A stretch of 64,000 bases of DNA from a candidate division WOR-3 bacterium (GTDB lineage Bacteria > Hydrothermota > Hydrothermia > LBFQ01), in NCBI GenBank assembly GCA_039802605.1, contig JBDRWW010000006.1:1-64000 (forward strand). The letters are read 5' to 3'. Each line of letters begins with the position of its first letter. The stretch's first letter is position 1. The translations under genes were made by a program, and so were the position numbers. Positions 41,015 through 51,461 of the stretch are shown in pieces. Below the pieces are notes generated by a model, which was not told the DNA's origin, made no database searches, and saw only the letters and a list, made by a program, of their open reading frames with translations.

Positions 41015-41857
41015 TTAAAAGCCGTTTATCCAACTCCCCTCTTCTTCAACACCCAAATACTTGTTTAAAGCCTCTACGGTTTTCTTCATAACCTCTAACC
41101 TATCTATTTTCCTTTCAAACTTTACATTGGTCGCAGAAACGGGAACCCAAGATGTCGTATCGTATTTCATAGATAAACCATAATATTGCCCCTTTATACC
41201 TTTTATGTTATCCTTTCCACCTTTCCAAGGACCCGATATATTACCCGCACCCGCAAAGAATTCGGCATATACAATGGTGGATATACCTCTGCAAAGGCTT
41301 GTGAGCGTTTTGCTTACACTCGTCTTGTTTGCGACATCCGTTATTACGGTATCCCAAGAAAAGTTTACATAAACCGAACCATCGGTGCAATATCCATAAG
41401 CCTCCACCAAAATAGCCGATACCTGTTTTTCATCGGGTTTTCCCCAAGATATATTCAGCTCCCCGCCGGTTATTTTTACCGCCAATCCGCTTAGTTCGTT
41501 TGGGAGTTTTATCTTTGAACTTATCTTCTTTTCACCCTCGTTTAGATCTTTGTAGGTTCCACTCATTTCAACCTCCGCATTGGGTGAAACTTTGGGCAGT
41601 GTATCAAAACCCGAATACTCCCCAAAGAAATATGAAGTGTTTTCATCAGGAATATTCCTACCGTTAAAGGATATTTGTGGTTTGTAGTTTGGACTAACGG
41701 CGTTGATTTGGAAATCATGATAACTATAATCACCATAATATGGATCGTTCACATAGGCGCTGAGAGCCCTCATATATGCCGTAGGCACGGACTTCCTACA
41801 AGATAGGATGACACCCATCAAAATGCCTGCAAAAAGCAAGACCCTGAAAAATCTCAT
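41015..41857 (-). CDS. Hypothetical lipoprotein
   Basis: MRFFRVLLFAGILMGVILSC lipobox after AAGGAGGT. Confidence 0.75.
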   Translation of the reverse strand: MRFFRVLLFAGILMGVILSCRKSVPTAYMRALSAYVNDPYYGDYSYHDFQINAVSPNYKPQISFNGRNIPDENTSYFFGEYSGFDTLPKVSPNAEVEMSGTYKDLNEGEKKISSKIKLPNELSGLAVKITGGELNISWGKPDEKQVSAILVEAYGYCTDGSVYVNFSWDTVITDVANKTSVSKTLTSLCRGISTIVYAEFFAGAGNISGPWKGGKDNIKGIKGQYYGLSMKYDTTSWVPVSATNVKFERKIDRLEVMKKTVEALNKYLGVEEEGSWINGF

Positions 41858-41939
41858 ATTTATACCTCCTTTTTTATATATCCCACCCACCCGGATTGGT
41901 ATTATAAAGCTGTTCCTTTTCAAGTCTGGCGATTTACAC

Positions 41940-44231
41940 TCATTTCACCACCACAAACTTGCCCGTAGCTATTCCCCTTTCGGTCATCAATACTACAACA
42001 TACACACCCTCTTCCAAATCGCCAACATTCAAGGAATATTCCCATAAACCGGCGTTTTTTGTTCCCTTTACTGGTATTTCCCTTACAAGCGTACCAAAGG
42101 ATGTATATATCCTTAAAACCGGTTCGGTGGGGAACATAGCCTTTACCCTTAAAACCACCTTTCTATTTTTGGATTTTGAAACCGGATTTGGATATATCCT
42201 CTCAAAAAAGAGTTCCCTTTTATCCGTTTTAACCTCCAAGGGTTCGGAAAAGACCAAAGCGGCGGCATCCACAAGGCCATAACCGGTACAATAGTTGGGT
42301 TTAAAAGGGATATCCTCTAAGGGTTTTGCGGTTTCAAGGAGTTTGTTCCTGAGTTTTTCAAGTGTCCATGAGGGATGGGCTTCAAGGGCTAAGGCCAAAA
42401 CCCCGGCTGTTATGGGTGCCGCATAGGATGTTCCGGATGCGATTACGGTTCTATTAGAATCGTCCGCCGCCACGGCCTCAAAGGGTGCAACCACTTCGGG
42501 TTTAACCCTCCCATCCGAAGACGGACCACAGGCCGAATTGCTTGAAAGTACAACCTTCCCAGATGTGCTATCGTATATAACCCCTCCAACGGAAATTATG
42601 TCAAAAGCATCCGCGGGGGCGGTTAGCGTTGTATCCCCGACATTTGGGTCTACGCTTCTTGAAGAAACATTACCTATGGATATTACCGGCAATATGCCCC
42701 TTTTTAAGGCCTCAGATGTAGCCCTTGAAGATATTGCACTTTTCCCATCCATCATATCCTTTGTATATCCCAAATCAGAACCGTATCCCAAACTTGCGTT
42801 GATTATTTTAACCCCCTTTCTTGCCGCCCATTCCAAAGCGGCAACATAAAAATCTTCCTCCAACCTGTTCTCCCAATTTGTGGTGGTATCACTCCTGCTA
42901 ACCTTTTCGGTTTTCGCAAGGTAATATGTTGCACCCGGAGATATACCTATTAATGTCCCCTCAATATACCCCGCCATTACGGATAAAACCCTCGTGCCGT
43001 GATACCTACCGGTTCCGTACTTTGGAACCTCTGCCATTGTATCTCCCCTTTCCCTGAAAACGAGTTTGCCGTTTATAAACTTTGGTTTATCGCAAAATGT
43101 CCAACCCGTTCTCCGGATTTCCGAGCGGCTACTAACGGACATTATTGATATGTAATCCTCCCTTGGAACCGCAATGCTATCCCCGGATAAAGCGAAGTTT
43201 TCTAAAAACTTTACGGATGTTATGAAATTCCCATTAACGAATAAAGAATCGTTCCTTATGTATGCAAGCCTCCCGTTATCAATAACCGGATAAAATCCGA
43301 GGTTTTCAAACCTGAAAGATGAACCCTTAAAAACAAAGATGCTATCCCCATCGGAAAAGGCCAAACTGTCCCCATTCAAATACATTCCGCCAAATCCCCG
43401 GGAATATTTTGAGGCCGCGCAGTTTAAGGATGTTGAGAATTCGCAAAGTTTAACGCTATCGCCCGTATAAATGCCCAGTACAAAGTTTCCCGCAAATGTA
43501 TCGATGACCGCCGTATAACCCGGTGTAAGGTTTATAACCCTTTCAAATGTGTCCGTATATATCGCCCCGAGTTTTAAAAAGCCATAAGACGACCAAACCA
43601 AATAAACCGTATCGTTCCTCAAAGTTAAATCCGGATTTATCTCAAATCCCAAGGACAACCTCTTCAAACTCCAAGAGGTATTATACTTGGCCAGATATAG
43701 GTCCCACCTGTTTATGTTTGTCCCCGCAATGTCCCCCTCATCTATTCCCGAAAATACACAGTATACTTCCGCACCCCTATATATACAATCGTATGAGTGG
43801 ATGTAAAAGGCGTTATCGGTTGGTGTTGGCAAAGAACTCCCGTCAAAGTTTAACCTATCCCCACTGTTAAAGTCCATCTGGCCGCCAACTATTACCCCCC
43901 TAAGGGAATTGTGGTTCAGATCAAAACCCGTATCAAATATTCCAACCTTTACGCCGTTTCCTGTTAATCCCAATTTGTGGAGCGTATCCGCCCTTACGGT
44001 TTTCACCTGAAATTCCGATTCCCCATATTTATATTCCCTCACCCTTTCTTCCTTGTGGAGTTTAAACATTAAAACCTTACCCTTTGGAAAGCCTTTTAGT
44101 TTGGCATTATCGGGAATGAAAAAGGATCTATATCCCGTCCAGTAGGATTTTACCCTTTGGTATCCCCCGAAAACCTCCACATAATTAACGGAATTTGCAT
44201 TTACACTGAGCCAATATATGGGAAAACTCAT
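41940..44231 (-). CDS. S8 subtilisin-like serine peptidase with large insertion and C-terminal sorting-like domain
   Basis: GIFDTG, HGT, SIGN and SGTSYAAP catalytic motifs; YPNP...GVYVVVL...KFVVVK tail. Confidence 0.9.
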   Translation of the reverse strand: MSFPIYWLSVNANSVNYVEVFGGYQRVKSYWTGYRSFFIPDNAKLKGFPKGKVLMFKLHKEERVREYKYGESEFQVKTVRADTLHKLGLTGNGVKVGIFDTGFDLNHNSLRGVIVGGQMDFNSGDRLNFDGSSLPTPTDNAFYIHSYDCIYRGAEVYCVFSGIDEGDIAGTNINRWDLYLAKYNTSWSLKRLSLGFEINPDLTLRNDTVYLVWSSYGFLKLGAIYTDTFERVINLTPGYTAVIDTFAGNFVLGIYTGDSVKLCEFSTSLNCAASKYSRGFGGMYLNGDSLAFSDGDSIFVFKGSSFRFENLGFYPVIDNGRLAYIRNDSLFVNGNFITSVKFLENFALSGDSIAVPREDYISIMSVSSRSEIRRTGWTFCDKPKFINGKLVFRERGDTMAEVPKYGTGRYHGTRVLSVMAGYIEGTLIGISPGATYYLAKTEKVSRSDTTTNWENRLEEDFYVAALEWAARKGVKIINASLGYGSDLGYTKDMMDGKSAISSRATSEALKRGILPVISIGNVSSRSVDPNVGDTTLTAPADAFDIISVGGVIYDSTSGKVVLSSNSACGPSSDGRVKPEVVAPFEAVAADDSNRTVIASGTSYAAPITAGVLALALEAHPSWTLEKLRNKLLETAKPLEDIPFKPNYCTGYGLVDAAALVFSEPLEVKTDKRELFFERIYPNPVSKSKNRKVVLRVKAMFPTEPVLRIYTSFGTLVREIPVKGTKNAGLWEYSLNVGDLEEGVYVVVLMTERGIATGKFVVVK

Positions 44232-45187
44232 AAAACCTCCCCCAATATAAATGCCCCTTTAAACCTGTGTAAGATTTCATCAACCCGTTTTCTCGGAACT
44301 ATGAAGGCAAAACCCACACCCATATTGAAAACCCTCTTTGCTTCATCTTCCGGAATATTACCCATCCTTATAAAGGCCTTCATGTACTCCGGTGTAGGAA
44401 TGTTTTCCCAGTATATTTTTGCCTTGTTCCCTTCAAGTGCCCTGGGAAGGTTTTCGGGTATCCCGCCGCCGGTTATATGCGCCCCCCTTTTAGCCCCAAA
44501 CTTTAAAAACATTTCCTTACCCTCTTTGTGGTATAACCTCGTAGGCGTTAAGAGTATATCAATAAGGGGTTTTTGGGGATGGATTTCCGGATAAACCTTA
44601 AAAGGGTCCAACCCCTTTTCCTCTAAAACCTTCCTTATAAGGGAATAACCGTTTGAATGGAAACCGGATGATGGGAAACCTATTATTGCATCACCACTCT
44701 TTACCCTTTGGAACCTCTTTTTTAAGGGAACCCCTACGCCAAATCCGGCAATGTCAAATGTATCCTTTACTATTATACCGGGAAGCTCCGCGGTTTCACC
44801 CCCAACCAGTTTTGCCCCAATTTTCTTGCAAGATTCAATAACATCCGATAAAACCTCTTTTGCAACTTCTCCCTTTAAGGGAAAGGTGGCGTAGTAGTCC
44901 AAGAAATAAACCATTCTTCCACCATCGGCCAAAATATCGTTTGAAACCATAGCCACCAGATCCTGCCCCAAACCCTTAAACCTCCCAGCCTTTAAATAGA
45001 GCAAGATTTTCGTACCAACACCATCCGCTGAAAGCAAAACCGTACTATTACCCACTTTAACCTTTACGGAAAAGGAGCCTATTTGTTTATTCTTTCCTTT
45101 TAACCACCCTACTAACCTTTCCGCCTCTTTAATTGAAACCCCTGCATCCTCGTATGTTATACATCTATTATCACCGATGCCCTCCAT
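44228..45187 (-). CDS. purM: Phosphoribosylformylglycinamidine cyclo-ligase
   Basis: TYEDAGV, DGVGTK, GGETAE, SSGFHSNGYSL, HITGGG and FNMGVG motifs. Confidence 0.97.
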   Translation of the reverse strand: MEGIGDNRCITYEDAGVSIKEAERLVGWLKGKNKQIGSFSVKVKVGNSTVLLSADGVGTKILLYLKAGRFKGLGQDLVAMVSNDILADGGRMVYFLDYYATFPLKGEVAKEVLSDVIESCKKIGAKLVGGETAELPGIIVKDTFDIAGFGVGVPLKKRFQRVKSGDAIIGFPSSGFHSNGYSLIRKVLEEKGLDPFKVYPEIHPQKPLIDILLTPTRLYHKEGKEMFLKFGAKRGAHITGGGIPENLPRALEGNKAKIYWENIPTPEYMKAFIRMGNIPEDEAKRVFNMGVGFAFIVPRKRVDEILHRFKGAFILGEVL

Positions 45188-45582
45188 ATGCCCCTTTCCC
45201 TCTCAACATGGAGTTTGTGCCGGGTTACCCCTTTAAGTGCCTTCTTTATGGTATGTTTGTTTGGATCAAAGGGCTCTCCCCCGATTGTGGCGTCAAGCTT
45301 AAACTTGTCATCCTCAAAGTTTATATTAACCTTGAACTGCCTGTATATCATCTTTGAGGTCTCAAACTCGTAAAGTAAATGCGAGAGCCATTTGTGTAAT
45401 AAATCTTCAAGGTCTTCCCCTTCAAGATGCACCTTTTTCTCCTCCAAAATCTTTATACCGTATAGACTTCCAAGCATTTCCCTAAACATAGCCCTCGCGC
45501 ACTCAATAAAAAGTTTTGCCAAATCCATTGAACTAACCTCAAAACCTATTTCCGATGTATGTGAAATCGGTTTATATGCCAT
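45157..45582 (-). CDS. Archease
   Basis: YKPISHTSEIG, GEPFD, LKGVTRH and VIIDV terminus; GGAGG RBS. Confidence 0.88.
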   Translation of the reverse strand: MAYKPISHTSEIGFEVSSMDLAKLFIECARAMFREMLGSLYGIKILEEKKVHLEGEDLEDLLHKWLSHLLYEFETSKMIYRQFKVNINFEDDKFKLDATIGGEPFDPNKHTIKKALKGVTRHKLHVERERGIWRASVIIDV

Positions 45583-45598
45583 AATGCACCTCCTTTTT

Positions 45599-47233
45599 TT
45601 ATTTATTTTCTTCCGCAAACTTATGCGCAACGCAATCGCACTCTATTATAGGCTTAAATGTGCTTTGAACGGTTATAGTTAGGTTTTCACTACCACAACC
45701 CGAGTTCGTAAATGTTGTCGTAACCGTCATGGTGGCGGAGAATGGTTTAAAAGACAAAATCGTTTCATTTCCACCCCTGAAAACAAGCGGATCGTTTATA
45801 TACACCGGTACATCCGAAAACCTAACCCTATCTCCTCCGACAACCCTCATACCCAATAGGTCAAATATTGTATTCTCACTGCCCACGCTACTTACCATTA
45901 CACCTCCGTTTATGTAATATCTGAGCGTTACATCCTGGGTTTTACCCACGGAGTATGCGGCCATAAATACGGTATCAATTGAAGGGTCCTTTAGGTTCCA
46001 CGGATCCAAAACCCCGCAGTCGCTATATTTTGCTGATACAACCTTACCCTTATCCGTTTGCCCAATTTTCTTGTTTTTTAGAAAGTTATCCGAAACGAAC
46101 AAAACATCCTCTCCTGATAATCCGAATGTTTGGGCAAATTTGGAATTAAAGTCTATGAAATTCCTACAAGCAAACTTTGAATGCAAGATGTAATTCAATT
46201 CGTACTTAACATTGCTGTGCTCCGATGATACGCTTACCGTTGAGGAAACGTTCCAAGCATAAGGTGCCTTAACCTTAAAGGCCGTTTTGCCCGATGACAA
46301 TGTGGGTTTTACACCCGGTAAAATCTTGTTATCCCTTGGACATACCGCCGCAACCTCAAAGGATACATCTATCGGGTTTTGCTGGTTGAAAACATTGCAA
46401 TCCGGGGGTTGGTATAGAACAACGGGGTTTTCTCCCCTTATAATGTACCAACCATCGCCAATATTTTCGCCACTCGTTATCCTCCCCTTTGAGTTTCCGC
46501 TTAAACGAACGGCCACCCCGGCCTTTTTATCGAGTATATCAAACAAACTTTTTCCCTCGGAGTTATTCATTGATGAAAACCTTATGGCCACAAACCTATC
46601 TTGAGAAATGTCGGCCTCATCAACCACTTGAACCGAATACATTATCATGGTTTCCTTTGTGGCTATCCTCGTAAGGATTGATCCCATTTTTTCCGCTAAT
46701 TTGTTCGTTATCAAAACTATTGATTGCAACACATCCTTTACGGCCGTTGATGGTATCCTGTAAGAAAATGTCTCATACACGGTTTCGCTTTCAAGGTTTA
46801 TAAGCCAAATCTTACCCACCAAGCCATATGAATCTTCACCTATAAGTATATCAACCAGATAGGGAACGCTCCCATATGCCGTATCGTCTTTGTGTAAGGC
46901 CGCGGTTAGCGAATCGTTTATGAGTTTTGAAAATGTTCCAAAAGGGGTTTCCGTCCAACCCGAACCCACTATTTTTATAGAATTACCATCAACACCCGTG
47001 AAATACTCTTGCGCCTTTTTTATTATCACGGGTAAGTATGTGGTTAAATTTCCGCGAAAGTTTTGGCTATACTTACCTGCGGGGTTTACCGCTATTCTCG
47101 CCTTTAAATACACTTCCGGAGGAGAGCATACCGAGTAAGGTAGTTTTTTGGTTGTGGTGCTCTCCTTACTTTTTTGGGCGTATGTGGGGGATACGAGAAA
47201 AGGCAATAAAATAAAAGGAAAAACCCGTTTCAT
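45599..47233 (-). CDS. Hypothetical secreted protein
   Basis: Canonical signal peptide MKRVFPFILLPFLVSPTYA-Q; 544 aa. Confidence 0.75.
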   Translation of the reverse strand: MKRVFPFILLPFLVSPTYAQKSKESTTTKKLPYSVCSPPEVYLKARIAVNPAGKYSQNFRGNLTTYLPVIIKKAQEYFTGVDGNSIKIVGSGWTETPFGTFSKLINDSLTAALHKDDTAYGSVPYLVDILIGEDSYGLVGKIWLINLESETVYETFSYRIPSTAVKDVLQSIVLITNKLAEKMGSILTRIATKETMIMYSVQVVDEADISQDRFVAIRFSSMNNSEGKSLFDILDKKAGVAVRLSGNSKGRITSGENIGDGWYIIRGENPVVLYQPPDCNVFNQQNPIDVSFEVAAVCPRDNKILPGVKPTLSSGKTAFKVKAPYAWNVSSTVSVSSEHSNVKYELNYILHSKFACRNFIDFNSKFAQTFGLSGEDVLFVSDNFLKNKKIGQTDKGKVVSAKYSDCGVLDPWNLKDPSIDTVFMAAYSVGKTQDVTLRYYINGGVMVSSVGSENTIFDLLGMRVVGGDRVRFSDVPVYINDPLVFRGGNETILSFKPFSATMTVTTTFTNSGCGSENLTITVQSTFKPIIECDCVAHKFAEENK

Positions 47234-47299
47234 TGCGGGAATTATAAGGCTGAAAGATTTTATAAAATTTAAAACAAAACGGGCATATAATCCCCGCTT

Positions 47300-49381
47300 A
47301 TGAAAAGGCTCCTTGTAAGTTTAGGCGTTTTAGGTATTATTTCCTGCGCTGGAAAATTCGTAGAGGAAGGGTATTTGCAAAATGAAAGTTTGGTGAAGGG
47401 ACTGTTTCAGGAACTCAAAGGGGATTATAGCGGTTCAATAAACACCTTCCGGTCCTCGGGTGACAAATATTGGGGAAACCTATTAACGGCGGATGTTTAT
47501 CTTTACAGGTTTAGGGATTACGCAAAGGCGAAGGAATTTGTGGATAAAGTTAAAGTTAAGGAAAAGTCCCCAGCAGCACAGGAAGTATTGTACAGAAAGG
47601 CTTTGCTTCTTGAACTTTTGGGTAATTACGCCGAGGCGGGGAAGTTATACGAATTTTTGGCGGTTAATTTTCCAAACGGAAAGTATTTTGAAGACGCCTC
47701 ACAGGCGGTTGAGGAGATGTTTAGGAGGAATTTTCCGGATACAGTTGCGGTATTTGACGGGGGATATATAACTTCCATGATGGTGGATTACGCAATAGAA
47801 CAGATACCACCTTTTAACAGAAACCAATTTGATACACCCGAAGGTAGGAAGCAGATAGCGGAAAGGCTTGCGATAGAGGTTGTAGCCCTCAAAGAGGCGG
47901 AAAAGTTGAAGCTTGATACCGCACAAAAGGTTAAGGAAAAAATTGAAATTGATAGGATAAACGCTTTAAGACAGGCCTATTACCAGTACGCCATAAAGGC
48001 TAAGGCAACCGCTACGGAGAAAGAACTTTTGGCTTATTATAACGAACACAAATCGGAATACAGGGTTCCGGCAAGGGTTGAGTTGAGTAGGGTTATACTA
48101 AAAGATAGTGCAAAGGCCTATGAGGTTTATAACTTGGTAAAATCCGGCCAAAAAATAGACTCTTTGGCCAAGGAATTGTCAGTTGATAAATATGAGGGTC
48201 AAAGGGGAGGGAAAATAACTATTTATGACACATACGAGGCTTACAAGGATCTGTTTAACGAGGCCTACCAAAAGGACACGGGAAGCGTTTTTGTGTATAA
48301 GAAGGATACGCTTTGGATGGTTATAAGGGTTGATGAAAAGGAAGCGGATAGGATAAGGTCCTTTGACGAGGTTAAAACCATAGTTAAAGGTGCCGTTGAA
48401 GGGCAGAAGGAAAAGGATTTATTTGAAAAGGAAAAGCAGAGGTTAAGGGAATTTTACGGGGTAAATATTTTTATTAAACCCGATACCGCGGAAAAGTCTA
48501 AGTTTGAAGAGGAAAGGGGATATGAAGAAGAGGCGGGGGTTTTAACAGAGGAGGAGAAAAATGCCCTTGAAAAACTTCCCGATACCATGGCCATAATAAC
48601 AAAACTCAACAGGGTAATAACAAAGGAAGATTTTATCGATAGGCTCAACAAAATGCCCCGTAGGTATAGGTCTTATTATCTAACAAATAAAGGGGCATAC
48701 CAACTCTTAAACGATGTCATGATCCAAGAAATACTTGAAACATCCGAGGCTGAGTTTAGAAGGTATTACCTGCACTACCCGATATTCAAGAGGTTGTGGG
48801 AATCTTATAGGGATGCCATGTTGTTGCAGCTATACGATGTTTTGGTTAAAAACAATGTATCCGTTTCCGATGAAGAGGTTAAGGAGTATTATGAGAAGAA
48901 CAGGGATAAGGAGTTTAAAGACCCGGCGAGGATAAGGGTTCAAAGGATAGTGGTTCCGACGAAAGATTCGGCTTTAAAGGTTTTAAGAAGGGTAAGAGGT
49001 ATTAAAAATGATAAACAACTTAGGGAATTCGTTCAAAAGGTATCTATTTACACCGGTGAGGCCTCGGCGGGTGGTTTTGCTTTTATAACCGAAGATAGGG
49101 AACCCGATTTCTTCAAGGAGGCTTGGAAAAAACCCCTAAAAATGTGGTATATAGGAAAGCTTAACGACGGGAATTGGGCGGTATATAGGGTTTTTGAGAA
49201 AACAAAGGAAAGCGTTAAGCCTTTTGAAGATGTTGAGGCTTATATAAAAGACAGGTTGAGGTACGAGAAGGAAAAGAAGTTATACGAAAGCGTTTTGGAA
49301 GATTTGAAGAAGAAGTATAACATTTTGGTGTTTGAGGAAAAGTTTAAGAAAGCGGAAGGGGAAGAAAAAGGCGAAAAATGA
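47300..49381 (+). CDS. Lipoprotein with TPR and two PpiC/parvulin-type foldase modules (SurA/PrsA-like)
   Basis: IISC lipobox, YYNEHKSEY..PARV, LAKELS.D...GG and FDEVK; module duplicated. Confidence 0.85.
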   Translation: MKRLLVSLGVLGIISCAGKFVEEGYLQNESLVKGLFQELKGDYSGSINTFRSSGDKYWGNLLTADVYLYRFRDYAKAKEFVDKVKVKEKSPAAQEVLYRKALLLELLGNYAEAGKLYEFLAVNFPNGKYFEDASQAVEEMFRRNFPDTVAVFDGGYITSMMVDYAIEQIPPFNRNQFDTPEGRKQIAERLAIEVVALKEAEKLKLDTAQKVKEKIEIDRINALRQAYYQYAIKAKATATEKELLAYYNEHKSEYRVPARVELSRVILKDSAKAYEVYNLVKSGQKIDSLAKELSVDKYEGQRGGKITIYDTYEAYKDLFNEAYQKDTGSVFVYKKDTLWMVIRVDEKEADRIRSFDEVKTIVKGAVEGQKEKDLFEKEKQRLREFYGVNIFIKPDTAEKSKFEEERGYEEEAGVLTEEEKNALEKLPDTMAIITKLNRVITKEDFIDRLNKMPRRYRSYYLTNKGAYQLLNDVMIQEILETSEAEFRRYYLHYPIFKRLWESYRDAMLLQLYDVLVKNNVSVSDEEVKEYYEKNRDKEFKDPARIRVQRIVVPTKDSALKVLRRVRGIKNDKQLREFVQKVSIYTGEASAGGFAFITEDREPDFFKEAWKKPLKMWYIGKLNDGNWAVYRVFEKTKESVKPFEDVEAYIKDRLRYEKEKKLYESVLEDLKKKYNILVFEEKFKKAEGEEKGEK

Positions 49382-50334
49382 CGGAGGATCGGATAATAGA
49401 GGAACTCGTATCACCTTATAGGGAATATGGTCCAAGGGTTGTAGTGGGTGTTGGGGATGATTGTGCCGTAATAAGGGAGAATGTGGCAAAAGAACTTTTA
49501 ATAACCGTTGATAGTGTGGTTGAAGGTGTTCATTTCACATTCTCCCTTTTGAGGCCGAAAGAAATAGGGCATAGGGGTTTAACGGCGGCTTTGTCCGATA
49601 TAGCCGCTATGGGTGGGGAACCTTTGGGTGTTCTGATAAACGCCCAGGTTCCGCAAGACGGTGTTGAGAAGCTCAAAGAGATTTATAGGGGGTTTAACCA
49701 CCTTTTGAAGGAGTATTGCGTAGATCTCCTAGGGGGTAATATTACCAAAGGGGAAAATTTTGCCTTGACATTTACGGTTTTGGGTGAGGTTAGTAGGGGA
49801 AAGGCTTGGAGGAGGGACGGGGCTCGGGATGGGGATTTGGTTTTTATAACGGGTGATGTGGGTAGGGTTAAATCCTTTCTAATGCTTGAAAAGTTGAACG
49901 CAAAGGGTTATGAGTGGTGGTTTAGGGAAACCAGGTTAAAATTTGCCAACCCGGAACCCAAGTTGAAGGAGGTTATGAGAATAAAATCCGAAGGGATAGA
50001 GGTTCATTCCGCAATTGATATATCCGACGGTTTGGCCATTGACCTTTGGAGGTTGGCTAGATCCTCAGAAGTTAGTATATTTATTGATTTGAACGCAATT
50101 CCCATTAAGGATTCCGTTAGGTATGTTGCGGAAAATCTGAAAAAAGACCCCTATGAGGTGGCGCTTTCAAGCGGGGAGGAATACGAACTCGTTCTAACCG
50201 TTCCAAAGGAATACGGCAAAATTATGGAAGACTTGAAGTTTATACAGATAGGTGAGGTGAAACTCGGTGAGGTTGGTGTTTTTGATACATCCGGAAACAG
50301 GATTCAGCCCTTGGGTTGGCAACACTTTAAGTGA
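49378..50334 (+). CDS. thiL: Thiamine-monophosphate kinase
   Basis: GVGDDCAV, LSDIAAMGG, IDISDGL, GEEYEL and GWQHF motifs. Confidence 0.96.
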   Translation: MTEDRIIEELVSPYREYGPRVVVGVGDDCAVIRENVAKELLITVDSVVEGVHFTFSLLRPKEIGHRGLTAALSDIAAMGGEPLGVLINAQVPQDGVEKLKEIYRGFNHLLKEYCVDLLGGNITKGENFALTFTVLGEVSRGKAWRRDGARDGDLVFITGDVGRVKSFLMLEKLNAKGYEWWFRETRLKFANPEPKLKEVMRIKSEGIEVHSAIDISDGLAIDLWRLARSSEVSIFIDLNAIPIKDSVRYVAENLKKDPYEVALSSGEEYELVLTVPKEYGKIMEDLKFIQIGEVKLGEVGVFDTSGNRIQPLGWQHFK

Positions 50335-51461
50335 TGGATAAAATACCCATTTTTGAACTAAACTGGGATGGGGATGAGGAAAGGGAGGTTTTAGAGGTAT
50401 TAAAGAGTAAGTGGGTTTCAATGGGTCCTAAAACCGAGGAATATGAGCGGGATTTGTCAAGGTTTTACGGTGTTAAATATGCCCTCGCTTTTAACAACGG
50501 AACATCTGCCCTTTTATCCGCATATTACTCCTTGGGTTTAAAGGGAGAGGTCGTTTTACCCTCCTTAACATTCGTCGCTACGGCAAACGCCTTAAGGTTC
50601 CTCGGAATAAAGCCCATTTTTGCGGATATACATTCCTTGGAAATCCCTTTAATCTCTGCGGAAACGGTTGAGAGGGTTTTAAATCCAAATGTTTGCGCCG
50701 TCGTATATGTTAATTATGCCGGTTATTCGCTTTTTATCGATGAGATTAAAGATTTATGCGATAGAAAGGGGTTAATACTCGTAGAGGACGCCTCGCATGC
50801 CCATGGGGCGGTTTATAAAGATAGATTTGCGGGGACATGGGGAAATGTGGGCGTTTTTAGTACCTTTGCAAATAAGAACCTATCAACGGGTGAAGGTGGG
50901 TACCTTTTAACGGACGACGGGGAACTATACAGAAGGGCAAAACTTTTTAGATCTCATGGATTAACATCATCCTCTTGGGAGAGGTTTAAAGAGGGTAAAA
51001 ACAGGATTTACGATGTCGTTGATATTGGATTAAATTTAAGACCTTCCGAAATACAATCCGCAATAGGTTTGGCAAATTTGAGGAAACTCAAAAGAGAAAA
51101 CGAAAAGAGGCGGAATCTCGTCTCCCTTTATAGGAAGCTTATAAGGGAGGAAATACCCGATATAACCATACCCTTTGAAAACATACCCGTTGAAGGATCT
51201 TCCCATTACATATTCCCGATACTTTTACCCAAGGGCGTCAATAGGGATAAAATTGCGGAGAAATTGGCGGATATAGGTATAGGGACGAGTGTGCATTATC
51301 CCCCCGTACATAGGTTTTCCTTTTATTATGAGGGTCAAAAACTTGAAAAAACGGAAGAGTATTCGGAAAGGACATTAACATTGCCCCTATGGGGGGATAT
51401 GGGTGAGGAGAGGGTTTATAGGGTAGTTGAGGGTTTAAAGAAATGCCTATATTCGCAATAG
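50334..51461 (+). CDS. DegT/DnrJ/EryC1/StrS sugar aminotransferase
   Basis: NNGTSAL, EDASHAHGA, NKNLSTGEGG and LTLPL motifs. Confidence 0.95.
   Translation: MDKIPIFELNWDGDEEREVLEVLKSKWVSMGPKTEEYERDLSRFYGVKYALAFNNGTSALLSAYYSLGLKGEVVLPSLTFVATANALRFLGIKPIFADIHSLEIPLISAETVERVLNPNVCAVVYVNYAGYSLFIDEIKDLCDRKGLILVEDASHAHGAVYKDRFAGTWGNVGVFSTFANKNLSTGEGGYLLTDDGELYRRAKLFRSHGLTSSSWERFKEGKNRIYDVVDIGLNLRPSEIQSAIGLANLRKLKRENEKRRNLVSLYRKLIREEIPDITIPFENIPVEGSSHYIFPILLPKGVNRDKIAEKLADIGIGTSVHYPPVHRFSFYYEGQKLEKTEEYSERTLTLPLWGDMGEERVYRVVEGLKKCLYSQ

Noticed and set aside
51416..51461. 46-nt convergent overlap of the aminotransferase and TonB receptor as antisense regulation
   Set aside because: Short convergent overlaps are expected in such a compact genome, and the few residues after the receptor's YRHFF may be simple stop drift.
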